Shown here piece after piece: positions 8,678-18,300 of a stretch of 64,000 nucleotides of DNA. The DNA comes from a virus: the IMG/VR virus record IMGVR_UViG_3300028840_003749, positions 1-64,000 of that record, one strand, 5' to 3'. Every line of letters begins with the position of its first letter. Position 1 is the first letter of the stretch. Under the pieces are notes generated by a model, which did not search any database, had not been told where the DNA came from, and saw only the letters and a list, made by a program, of their open reading frames with translations. The position numbers and the translations under genes were made by a program.

Positions 8678-8792
8678 ACTGAGACGACAGAAACCGGACG
8701 GCTTCTTCGTAGGCCACGTCCGGGCTGGTTTTGTGTTTGAGGAACAGGAACAAGACCTGGAGAGCCACTCCGACGATTTGGAGTAGCGTCAT
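8571..8792 (-). CDS. Small N-terminal transmembrane protein (i-spanin/holin-accessory candidate)
   Basis: TM segment LLQIVGVALQVLFLFL, then a charged helical tail. Confidence 0.45.
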   Translation of the reverse strand: MTLLQIVGVALQVLFLFLKHKTSPDVAYEEAVRFLSSQYVENVDEFAEKVADRDLDGLADMLRDLKRRRMSRT

Positions 8793-9181
8793 TCAGAGTC
8801 TCCTCCACCTCCCTGCAACTTGTTCACTGCCATCTGGATGACGTACTTCAGCGCTTCCTCACCGTACTTCGAGAGCATCGACGGAGCCTCAGAGCGTAGC
8901 AGTGATTTCAACTCACGTAGCGCGCGCTTCTGAGCCTCCTGCACTTCCTCTTTCGTCAGCGACCCATCCTCTCTCGCGCGTTTCAACTCCTGCACGTAGG
9001 TCAGGTAGGTCGTATTTGCGGCTTGGCAGGCAAAGTCGAACAGCCTGCTCCACTTCGTCGCCGCCACCTTGTCGCGGAAGTCCTTCACCCTCCCCAACGA
9101 CCAGATGAAGCCGACAATCATGGCGAGCACGGTCCAGAACTGCTCGCTACCGAGCATATTCCACAGTGCGTCTCCCATCAC
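8789..9181 (-). CDS. Holin-like membrane protein
   Basis: Single TM FWTVLAMIVGFIWSL followed by an amphipathic charged C-terminus. Resembles the LL-H-type holin layout. Start and stop are coupled to neighbouring ORFs. Confidence 0.4.
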   Translation of the reverse strand: MMGDALWNMLGSEQFWTVLAMIVGFIWSLGRVKDFRDKVAATKWSRLFDFACQAANTTYLTYVQELKRAREDGSLTKEEVQEAQKRALRELKSLLRSEAPSMLSKYGEEALKYVIQMAVNKLQGGGGDSE

Positions 9182-9378
9182 GCTTCCTCCGTCTCAACCT
9201 TCTTCTTTACCTTGCGCACGTAATCGCACCATACCATACCGTTCAGTCCAACCTTACACCACCTCCCCTCTATGTGCGGACACCGAAACTCCGTATGTCC
9301 GTCAACAGGAACGTCTACCTCAATCGGTTCTGACGAACCGCAGCACCAGATTTGCAGTACCTCAACCTTTGCCCTCAT
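9178..9378 (-). CDS. Small Cys-rich protein (66 aa)
   Basis: MRAKVEVLQIWCCGSSEP...RCPHIEGRWCKVGLNGMVWC has 5 Cys. Lies immediately downstream of the radical SAM gene. Start trimmed to M26 of the track ORF. Confidence 0.45.
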   Translation of the reverse strand: MRAKVEVLQIWCCGSSEPIEVDVPVDGHTEFRCPHIEGRWCKVGLNGMVWCDYVRKVKKKVETEEA

Positions 9379-10867
9379 GTTTACGATTCCGCTGAGCCTG
9401 CCTCTTCTGTCTCCTCCGGCTCTCTGCCACCGACAGAGATGGACGGCGCACAAACCTTAGCGCTCGTTCCTGGCCGACCTCCGACAACATCCAAACTGCC
9501 CCCTCAAACAGCCTCTTCGCAATGTAACAGTGCGCTCTGTCCGGCGTGACCGCATTACCGTACTTTGTCAACGAATGTGCCCTACATATACCTCCGCAGG
9601 CAAACCTCATCCAGCACTGTGAGCATTCCGGTATGGCATACACTCTGTCGTCCACCCACGGCACTCTCCGCCGCTCATCCACACCGTAGTCGACGTGGCC
9701 AATAGCGCTGGCTCCTTGCCTGTGGCAGGCAAAGATGGTTCCGCTTGGCCCTACGCTTAAGTACCGAAATCCTGCGTTGCAGAAGTACGTCTTGATGGTG
9801 CAGTATAGCGTCGTGGCCATGTGACGCTTCAACCTCCCCCACGACACATGCTTGCCTCGCACCGCTCTTCGCAGATACCACTTGACGGCCTTCTCGATTT
9901 CCGTGTCGATCCAGGAAAGGTCTTCACCGAAGTCGTACTTTCCCTCCACGTCCGACTCGACCGGATAGAACGAAATGCCATCGGCCAATCCACGCTCGCA
10001 CAGCGATTCATGATGGTTGAGCACCTTCACCAGATCGAACCCTGTTCCGAGCAGCGTGCCTCTTAGCGTCACATGGCATGTCCTTCGGCCATGAGCCAGC
10101 TTCTCCAAGTTGCCGATGGTGAGGTCGTACGTCGAGCCAAGTGTAGTCGAATCGCGTTGAGCGTCCTGGATCTCCTTATCCCCATCCAGGCTTACCATTA
10201 CGCCGAACCGATGCTCCTTCATAAGCTTGACCATGTCGTCTTCCAGGATGGTCAGGTTCGTCGTGATCCCCGGCTTCAGCTTCGCTCTCAGCGCTTCGGC
10301 CTTACCAAGAGCAGCCGCCGTCGCGTATATGATGGCCTCCTTATTCAGCATCGGCTCCCCGCCGAAGAAGAACAAGCTGAGCCACTTTGACCTCGAATCC
10401 ATGAAGCGCACCGCTTTCTCAATCACGTCTCGCGGCATGAAGGAGCAGCGGTCCTCGTAGCCAAACTGGGTGAAGCAGTATGCGCAATTGAGGTTACACG
10501 CATTCGTCACGGACAAGAGCAACTGCGATGGTCCTCCACGGTACGTCTTGAAGGAAGACAGGGCCACCATAGGTTCCTTGGCCGAGAACAGCCATCGCAT
10601 CATATCCTGCTTCACAGGATCGGCGACCGGCAGGGAGAGGATGAATCGTTTGGCCGAATCCTCGTCAACGATGTCTTCCTGAGCCGCGACCATGAGGTCG
10701 TAGACGTCGTCGGTCACTTCGAAGCTAACTCTGGAGTTAGCGTCGTACGCGAAGCACTTCCCGAGATACCGGAACAGGTGGACCTGAGGTCGGCACGGCA
10801 CAAGCCACGAGAAGTTAGTGTCTACGCGCTCCGCCTCACTTGCCGACAGCATCCGATTCTGCTGCAT
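9362..10867 (-). CDS. Radical SAM enzyme with C-terminal SPASM domain (peptide/protein maturase-like)
   Basis: Radical SAM cluster motif SVTNACNLNCAYCF (Cx3Cx2C). C-terminal Cys cluster FCNAG...CHRQG...CSQCWMRFACGGICRAH is typical of SPASM. Start trimmed to M50. Confidence 0.8.
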   Translation of the reverse strand: MQQNRMLSASEAERVDTNFSWLVPCRPQVHLFRYLGKCFAYDANSRVSFEVTDDVYDLMVAAQEDIVDEDSAKRFILSLPVADPVKQDMMRWLFSAKEPMVALSSFKTYRGGPSQLLLSVTNACNLNCAYCFTQFGYEDRCSFMPRDVIEKAVRFMDSRSKWLSLFFFGGEPMLNKEAIIYATAAALGKAEALRAKLKPGITTNLTILEDDMVKLMKEHRFGVMVSLDGDKEIQDAQRDSTTLGSTYDLTIGNLEKLAHGRRTCHVTLRGTLLGTGFDLVKVLNHHESLCERGLADGISFYPVESDVEGKYDFGEDLSWIDTEIEKAVKWYLRRAVRGKHVSWGRLKRHMATTLYCTIKTYFCNAGFRYLSVGPSGTIFACHRQGASAIGHVDYGVDERRRVPWVDDRVYAIPECSQCWMRFACGGICRAHSLTKYGNAVTPDRAHCYIAKRLFEGAVWMLSEVGQERALRFVRRPSLSVAESRRRQKRQAQRNRKHEGKG

Positions 10868-11723
10868 CCTGGTCCCCTTCCGATACAAACTGAAGCAGCT
10901 TCTGCATACGATCCGCATACATGTGGTGCTCTCGGACCACTCGCTGCCCGCGCTCGGCAACCTCCTTGAGCGCACTCTTGTGGCCAACGAAGTATTGAGC
11001 TTTCTGGATTGCATCCTTCAAGCAAGAGAACTCCGCATAGTGGATGCCCGGCTTCATCAACTCATCCATGCCGTTGTCTATCCTCAGCCGTTCGTCGGTG
11101 TGCTGAAGGAGCAAGGCTCCGCACGCCATCGCCTCAAACACACGCATGTTCAGGTCGCTGGCAAGGGGGAAGTTGACAACCATCTTGCTCCGTGAGTACA
11201 TCGTCGGAATGACAGACGGATTGCCGGAGTCGTCGGCGGCTACTCGGAAGTACCTCCCAAGCAGGTCCAGCGCTGCCACTCGAGGCGGCGAGAGCCTACC
11301 GACGAATGCGATGTCGATGTCGCGTTCGACACCATCGTCTCTGCCGATACTCTCGGATGCTGCGTAAGGCAACCACAACAACCGTGCCCTGACGTTCCTC
11401 GCGACAGTTGGCAAAGCCTCTTTCTGAGCACAGACCACTATCGGAAAGAGTCGTGCTATGGCCAGACACCTCTGCATGCCGGTGTGACTATCCAGCATCC
11501 AGAACACCCGGTTCGGAAAGTTCTTCAGTGATGCGTGCTGCTCCTGGAGGGGAAACGTATCGTCAACCTTGATGACAAGGTCGAGCGGAGGTTCGATCTC
11601 TTGGTGAATGTCCAACGGTACGACGTTGTGGCCAAGTCCTTGCAGAGCCTCAGCGACGTACCAACCTGTTGTCACCTTCCCTGCTGCTTGAGCGAAAACG
11701 ACACCAATCTTCATCCTGGTCAA
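10836..11723 (-). CDS. Glycosyltransferase (GT1-like, CgeB/DUF3880-type C-terminal domain)
   Basis: NMRVFEAMACGALLLQ ... HYAEF ... REHHMYADRM resembles the CgeB-type GT1 C-terminal domain. Confidence 0.7.
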   Translation of the reverse strand: MTRMKIGVVFAQAAGKVTTGWYVAEALQGLGHNVVPLDIHQEIEPPLDLVIKVDDTFPLQEQHASLKNFPNRVFWMLDSHTGMQRCLAIARLFPIVVCAQKEALPTVARNVRARLLWLPYAASESIGRDDGVERDIDIAFVGRLSPPRVAALDLLGRYFRVAADDSGNPSVIPTMYSRSKMVVNFPLASDLNMRVFEAMACGALLLQHTDERLRIDNGMDELMKPGIHYAEFSCLKDAIQKAQYFVGHKSALKEVAERGQRVVREHHMYADRMQKLLQFVSEGDQDAAESDAVGK

Positions 11724-12180
11724 GCTCCTCTACCGGCTCAAAGTCATTGCACTTCACACAATCCCTCACCACAATCGGAGGCTCATCTCGTAGGTCGCAC
11801 GCGACCGTAGGAAACTCCTTCACCTTGCCTCCGCAGCACGTAACCTCTCTTGTTCCCACCTCCTCTCCTCTATGCTTGCACGGAAGCAGCCGCACTCGGC
11901 GTATCCGGCTTTGAGCCATGCGTTGACGCAGGTACGGATTCCGCAGGCACTCCTCGCAGAACAGAGCGTCAACCTCCAGCACCAACCCCGGACACTCGTA
12001 CGTCTCTGTGCCTTCCTCCTTTCGCTTCTTCAGGTCCATCTTGGCCTTGTGAGCTTTCAGCTTCGCTCGGAAAATCCCTGTCTTGTCGTTCGTACAGAAC
12101 CGGCAGTTGTCCTCTGACATGAAGCCACCGGTCAACTCGCACCGTCCGTCGTACAGGTACTCGCATTCAATCATACTCAC
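11650..12180 (-). CDS. Cys-rich protein (14 Cys in 176 aa)
   Basis: CEYLYDGRC, CRFC, CEEC, CCGG and CVKC motifs. Lies between the tail tip gene and the glycosyltransferase. The 3' end overlaps the GT start. Confidence 0.5.
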   Translation of the reverse strand: MSMIECEYLYDGRCELTGGFMSEDNCRFCTNDKTGIFRAKLKAHKAKMDLKKRKEEGTETYECPGLVLEVDALFCEECLRNPYLRQRMAQSRIRRVRLLPCKHRGEEVGTREVTCCGGKVKEFPTVACDLRDEPPIVVRDCVKCNDFEPVEELDQDEDWCRFRSSSREGDNRLVRR

Positions 12181-14882
12181 ACCGGAGTAATGGTGAATGA
12201 CCCGGCCAGACAGTCCGGACCGCTGCTACAGCAATCCGAATCGAACACGCCGCCATCACAGAAGTCGTTCTCGCAGTTGTCTGCTCCACCGCATCCATCC
12301 TCCCACGACGTGTACAAGCAGCTACATGCCACAGAGCTTAGCTGGAGCTGCCAATACGTTTTGCCGTCGCACGGATGGCTTTCTTCCGAGTAGATTGCGC
12401 AGGTCAGCGTGATGGTTCTGTCCGGGTCGCTGTACTCCCACCGCTGGTCTACCGGATCCCATTCCAGGTAATCGCTGAAGTTCCAGTCGGTGCAGTCCTC
12501 GCTGACCACGTTTGTGTAGCCTGTCCCTGTGAAGGAGAACGAGTACGGAGCATAGTTACAGCACTCATGCTCAAACCATGAATAGTCAGGAGCATTCTCC
12601 ACGGCTCCACAACCACCTTCCGTCGGACAAATCGGACCCGGAGGTTGCGGTGTTTGTCCATCGCACGTCGGCGTTTCGCCGTCACAAGGAGGAGCCTGAC
12701 TGTCGCACGGCAGCATGCCAGGACCGCAAATGTGGTCTTCGTCGCACACCTGACCCATCGGACACACCTGCTCGTCACCACAGACTTCGTCGCTGCCATC
12801 GTCCGGAGGATCAGGCGTCATGTTATCCCCCTCCACGCACGGCGTCACCTCATCGCCGCAGACATGCTCCGAAGAGCACGGATGTCCTGAGCCGCAAAGG
12901 TGGTCCTCACCGCATGGAGGATTCTCGCATGGAGGGCTGGTCTCGCCACACGTATCGGAGCAGACTTGCAGGTCCGGAGGGAACACGCTCGCATCATCCA
13001 ATCGCAGACCTCGCCGCCACTGCACCTTCGTCTCATCCGAGAACATCCGCTTGACCTCATCGAACGTGAACTCGAGTCCCGTCGTGAGCGTCAGCTTGGT
13101 GGAGTGGCCCTGGAAGTTGTATGAGGCCTCCGTCACCATAGCTCCGATGTTCTCGAAGCCGGTCGTGATAGGACTGCCTGCTCCCGTCTGAGCCGCGATG
13201 TTCACTCGCAGACCGAGGTTGCTGAATGCCACGTTGAATTTCTGAGCCTGCTGTACGTGGCCGTCATACAATACGTCCTTGTACGCATCGAGCAGGTTGG
13301 TAGCCATCTCCATGTACCGGTCCACCTGCGTCTCGTCCTGAAACTCCTCATCGTAGATTACCAGCTCGCGCTCGATGCCGAAGGTGCCGTACGCCGTCCC
13401 TGTGAAGCCGCTGGTCGGATACCTCACCGACGTCGGATCGGACAAGTACGCATAATCGAGACGCACGTCAACCGCAGGAGACGACGTTCCTGGCGTGAAG
13501 GTGCTCAGCTTGGTTCCCTGCCACACTGGAAGCCGAGACAGCATGACGCCGGACCGCCAGAAGAAGTCCGCAGGCACCGGCATCCATGTACTGAGTGTGT
13601 TCGATCCCACACTGCCTATGACCTTTCTCCACAGGCGCGGTCCTCTGGTCCTGGCTATCTCGTACACCAGTCCACCGAGTATCCAACTCCCTCCGTACGT
13701 CATCTCCTTGGCGATGTGCCTGTACGCAGGCGATGTGACCTGCCACCTACTATAAACATACCGGTATGGCGATACCGCCGAGCTTATCTTGTACGCCGCC
13801 CCAGCCTGCGGCACTACCATCCAGTTAGGTTCGATGTACACTCCGGTCGTGGTGCTTCTCGTGATGATGCGGTAGCTCTTGACGTTCGAGAAGGTGCCGG
13901 TCGACACGATGGTCAGCAGACCATCCTTCCACTTATTGACCGCCCAGGTCTGAGACGAATCCACCACCATGCTTGCCGTACCTGTGGTTATCGTACCAGA
14001 GCCTGTGTGCGCTCCTCCCCAGGCCTTCGGAAGACTCCAGGTCGCCTCAAGGCTCGAATCCCACAGCCGTGTCAGGTCACCGGTGCTCTCAAAGATGGAC
14101 AGCGACTTCGGCTGCTTTGCTCCGACGATGCGCATAGCTGTATAGCGGTCGGTCGTGTCGGGGTTCAAGGAGACGTTCTTCACCACGTCGATGGAGTTGT
14201 TGTACGTGATGACCGTGGTTGAAAGCGAGTTGACCTTGCGGAAGCGGAAGATCTGGTTGTGAGGGTCATAGATGTATGCATAGCCAGGAGATATCTTCAT
14301 CAGGTTAGTCAGAGCTTGATCGAACGTCATGGCCGACAGCACGACCTTATCCGGTTTCCAACTCATCGAAGAGACTTCGACCGGAGCATACCCGTATGAA
14401 TTCGACAGCGTTGCGCTGGCCGTGTCGATGACGCCTTTGCTGTTCAACTCGGTTCGGTGCTGCTCGAACAACCACTGGATCATCTGCCCTACGCTCCAGT
14501 TTTGCCGAGCGAAGGCGAATTCCTCATCCTCATACGGCGCGTTGAACACCACTCGCGGCGAGCCATTATCATCCAGGACGTTGACCTCGGCAGCCTGCTC
14601 TCTCGCCCCGTAAGCCACGTACCGGACAAGCTCACTCTCAGGAGAGCCAACATGTTCGACCGTCTTAATCTTGCCACGAAACCGAACTTTCCCGTACATG
14701 TCCAGCCGCACAGCCTGCTGGTTGTAGTACGATGGATTCGTATGCGTCACCCGCTGGAGGAAGCTGAGCGTCCGATAGCGGTCGTACGAGACGTTCAACT
14801 CCTCCAACTCGACCTGATTTGCCCTCAGATCAACCGGAGTCGTGGCTACACACAAAGCGATTATGGTAGACGCGTCAGTCAT
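12177..14882 (-). CDS. Tail tip / host-recognition protein with a Cys- and Asp/Glu-rich C-terminal region
   Basis: 901 aa, second gene after the tape measure. The beta-rich N-terminal 640 aa are followed by a region with 30 Cys in the last ~265 aa. Confidence 0.6.
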   Translation of the reverse strand: MTDASTIIALCVATTPVDLRANQVELEELNVSYDRYRTLSFLQRVTHTNPSYYNQQAVRLDMYGKVRFRGKIKTVEHVGSPESELVRYVAYGAREQAAEVNVLDDNGSPRVVFNAPYEDEEFAFARQNWSVGQMIQWLFEQHRTELNSKGVIDTASATLSNSYGYAPVEVSSMSWKPDKVVLSAMTFDQALTNLMKISPGYAYIYDPHNQIFRFRKVNSLSTTVITYNNSIDVVKNVSLNPDTTDRYTAMRIVGAKQPKSLSIFESTGDLTRLWDSSLEATWSLPKAWGGAHTGSGTITTGTASMVVDSSQTWAVNKWKDGLLTIVSTGTFSNVKSYRIITRSTTTGVYIEPNWMVVPQAGAAYKISSAVSPYRYVYSRWQVTSPAYRHIAKEMTYGGSWILGGLVYEIARTRGPRLWRKVIGSVGSNTLSTWMPVPADFFWRSGVMLSRLPVWQGTKLSTFTPGTSSPAVDVRLDYAYLSDPTSVRYPTSGFTGTAYGTFGIERELVIYDEEFQDETQVDRYMEMATNLLDAYKDVLYDGHVQQAQKFNVAFSNLGLRVNIAAQTGAGSPITTGFENIGAMVTEASYNFQGHSTKLTLTTGLEFTFDEVKRMFSDETKVQWRRGLRLDDASVFPPDLQVCSDTCGETSPPCENPPCGEDHLCGSGHPCSSEHVCGDEVTPCVEGDNMTPDPPDDGSDEVCGDEQVCPMGQVCDEDHICGPGMLPCDSQAPPCDGETPTCDGQTPQPPGPICPTEGGCGAVENAPDYSWFEHECCNYAPYSFSFTGTGYTNVVSEDCTDWNFSDYLEWDPVDQRWEYSDPDRTITLTCAIYSEESHPCDGKTYWQLQLSSVACSCLYTSWEDGCGGADNCENDFCDGGVFDSDCCSSGPDCLAGSFTITPV

Positions 14883-14885
14883 GCT

Positions 14886-15335
14886 CTACACCGTTCCCCA
14901 CACGGTCGTCGGCGTGCCGACCGATGTAAACTCGAAGGTCAGAGCGTCGTCAAAGTAGTTTCTACTTACGTCGTCGTACGCTCCCGGATTGATGTTCTTC
15001 AGCATCGTGTATGGATACCGCCGTGCTACATTGGTGCTTACCTCCGAATAGCAAACAATCAAAGAGCTTTTGCCCGCGAAGAACAGTCCGTAGTAGCTAT
15101 CGATGGCTCCAAGCAGGTTGACCGGAGCCAACGATGCCTTCCACACCTTCAACGTTACCCGCCAGACGATGTTCGGAGAGTTGCGCGTCACAAGAGGAAA
15201 CGGAGCCCACAGCAACGGCTCCTCTGTGCTCGTTAAGCTCTCCGGATACGATCTCAAGGACAGAACTCTATCGCCGAGCCACTGCTCCTTGTACCACGCA
15301 TACAGATCGCCTTCATAAGAATCAGGCTCTGTCAT
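14886..15335 (-). CDS. Distal tail protein candidate
   Basis: 149-aa ORF immediately downstream of the tape measure (synteny only). Confidence 0.45.
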   Translation of the reverse strand: MTEPDSYEGDLYAWYKEQWLGDRVLSLRSYPESLTSTEEPLLWAPFPLVTRNSPNIVWRVTLKVWKASLAPVNLLGAIDSYYGLFFAGKSSLIVCYSEVSTNVARRYPYTMLKNINPGAYDDVSRNYFDDALTFEFTSVGTPTTVWGTV

Positions 15336-18300
15336 TACGATACTCCCTGCGCCGCCTTCTTACCAGAGGTCCGGCGAGCACGTGCGCTTTCGATGGCCTC
15401 CAACCGAGCCAGGCCTGCTTCCACCATCTCGATCCTCACGTCGATGTCACCGACGAACATAGCCATCATGTCTGTCGTGTTCCCGACCAGCTTGGCCATT
15501 AACTCCTGACCTTTCGTCAAACGAGATTGGAGCGTGTCGATAAAAGCAGACTGAGCCAGACTTGCTGCTTCGAGGAACACGGCTGCCGGACCGACAGCTC
15601 CGACATCGAACGCTCCCTCCGCTCCTTTCGCTGCTGCCAAAGCAACTTCGGTGCTCTGGATAATGGTAAGGAGTTGCGAGTACAGCCTGCCCTGCTCATC
15701 GAGTTCTGCGGACTCTGCTTTCAGTATCTCAAGCTTTTCCTGCTCAAGCGTGACATGCTGGAGAAGGCTCTCCTCAACAGCTTGATTGTCTACAAGCTGT
15801 TGCTCAGCAAGCTCCCTGGCACGCTGCTGCGTCAACTCAAACATCTGCGTAGCCGTCCGAGCCATCTCCTCCTGGGCGGCCTGCTCGTCGGCTATCTGGT
15901 CCTCCAGATGCTGTTTCGTCTCTCGGTAACTCCTGACACGCTCGTCGCGCTCACGCCGAAACTCTATAACGAGATCGCGCTGAAGCTCATACCGCTCTTT
16001 CGCCGACAGGGTCTCATCTTCGGCTATTCGCCTCCAACGCTCGTTATACTGCTCCGGCATGTTCTTCCGGACCTGCCGCCAGTCGTACTCCAAATCCTTC
16101 ATGTCACGCTGGAGGTCTACAACGCGCCGCTGGCTGCTCTTCAGGGCTGCGTCCTGCGTTTGCTGGAACATGGCGAGGACGTCATTCACGTCCTCCACGG
16201 TCCGAGCGTAATCCTTCAGAGCTTCGGCGTAGATGTCAAACTGCCTCATCACGCCCGCTCGTCCAGGCTGGTCCTCTCCTATGAGGCTAAGCTGCTCTCT
16301 CCGCAGGAACGACTGGATGTTCTCCGTCATCCGCTGCCACTCGTCCCAAATGCGCTTCGCTTCATCTAATGCGTTATCTTGAGCTGTTAAGTCCTCGCGG
16401 TAGAGAGCCAGCTTCTCCTTGGTGACCTCCATGATACGGTCGCGGACTTCGCGGTTGATGGAATCGATAAGCTCGATTTCCCTCTTACCGTACAGCTCCC
16501 GCATGGTTTGCTTTCGCTCTTCGTGCTTCCGAGTTAGCTCCTCAAGCTCGGCATCCATCCACCCCTCTTTCTGCCTCATCTCGTTGAACTCGCTGTCCAT
16601 CGCGTCGAGGCGTTCTTTCAACTCCAGGCGAAGCAGGTCGAGCTTGTCCTTCTTGATGCGAGCCATCTCTTCGATAATCTCACGGCCTTCGATGCGGACC
16701 CTGGCGATGTAATCCTGAAGCTCGGTTTCGCGGACCTGCCTGAGCCGATCCTCTTCTGAGGTTACGTCTCCTATGATGCTGTCGATCTCGGCCTGTACGC
16801 TCCGCCACCTCTCTATCAAGTCATTGTACCGAGTCCTCGCACTTCGGGTAGGCTCTACGTTTAGCTCTCTTGCTTTTGCGAGAAACTCCTCCAACTCCAT
16901 CGGAAAAGCAGCTCCTCCGGTGACCTCCCTCCAGGACATGAAGTTGAGAGCGCCACGGCCTTTGTAGACTCCAGTCGTTCCTGTACCTTCGAGTGTACTC
17001 CGAATCCGCTCTCTCTCGTTCTGAAGACTGACCAGCCTTTCCACCCTCGCCTCGTCCGCCTCCTCAGCATCAAGTTGTGCCTGCCGCTCCTTCTCACCAG
17101 TAATGCCCTGAAGCAACCGCAACTGATCCTCAAGAGCCAGGTTCTTATCCTTCAGAATCTTAAGCAGTCTTGGTTCGAGAGCCGCGAGCTTACCGATAAG
17201 CTCGTTGTACCGATCTTGCTCTTCAGAGGTTCGATCCTGTTTCCGGGCCAGAGCTTCGAATTCTTCCGTCAACTTCGACAGTTGTTTCGCCTCATAAGCC
17301 GATGTTCGAGCATCAAGCTCCAACTCTTTGTAACGGACAGCCGCCTTTTCCTGGGCCGCGCTCAAAGCTACATAGGCAGCTGCAAGACCGGCAATAACCA
17401 AGGTCAGAGCTGTCAGTGCAGGCGTTGCAGCACCAAGAAGTTTCATCGATACCCCTAATGCTCCGAGCACCACGGTCAATGTCTTCGCCACGCCAATGAG
17501 CGAAAGAAGAGCCGCCCCGAAGGCCACCGTAGCGGCTGTCAGAATCTTGGTGGTATCAGTTGTCTCAGCGTATATCTTCAGCAAGTCAGAGATGAGCTTG
17601 ATGTGAGCACGCAAGATAGGCTGGAACTGCTTGCCCAACTCGTTGTACGCTTCGTTCCACAAACGAACCATCGAGGTCATTTGCTTACCAGCAGTCTCCA
17701 TCGCGGACTCGTACGTTCCCTGCAACAGTGTGAGCTTCCGGAGCACCTCCGCCATCAATGCTTCCTGGCGCTCACGGATAGTCAGGCTCTTCACTGTCTT
17801 GTTGTTCGCCGCTGCGTACTTCTCCTCAGCCTGCGCCAGACTCACAAGAACGCCCATGTACCGCAACGACATCGTATCCAGATTCGAGATGGCGTACTGC
17901 AACCGCTCGAAGGTCGCCGATGAATCCATGCCAGAAATAACCGCAGCGTCCTGTGCCCCTCTCGCCAGCTCAACGGCCTTCGTGAGGTCAAGCTCGGCTT
18001 GAATCATTTGAGCCATCGACGTTCGAGCAACCTCGGTCGTGATACCGAGAGACTTGATCCCGTTTTCCAGAGAGTGGATTTGCTCTTGCGAATAGCCTGC
18101 GTTCTTGCCGACATTCTCCAGAACGATGCCAAGCGTCTCCACTCTGGCAGCGTATTCAGCAGAGAATTTGGCCAGCGATCCCAGGCCGAGGCCTCCAAGA
18201 GCGAACGCCAGCGCTCCAACAGTCCTCTCCAACATCGTCGTGGAGCTACCAAGGTTCTCGACTTCGTCCTTAGTCTTTTTGGCCGCATCCTCTATGGCGC

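Noticed and set aside
9362-10867. The radical SAM/SPASM enzyme as an anaerobic sulfatase maturase for the alkaline-phosphatase-family protein at 31053-32006.
   Set aside because: The AlkP-family protein shows a Ser/Thr-type nucleophile region (SPVPISGPAW) rather than the sulfatase C/S-x-P-x-R formylglycine motif. It is also 20 kb away. The adjacent Cys-rich proteins are better candidates.
12177-14882. A diversity-generating retroelement targeting the tail tip C-terminus.
   Set aside because: No reverse transcriptase ORF is visible in the window, and no template/variable repeat pair is noticeable by eye.
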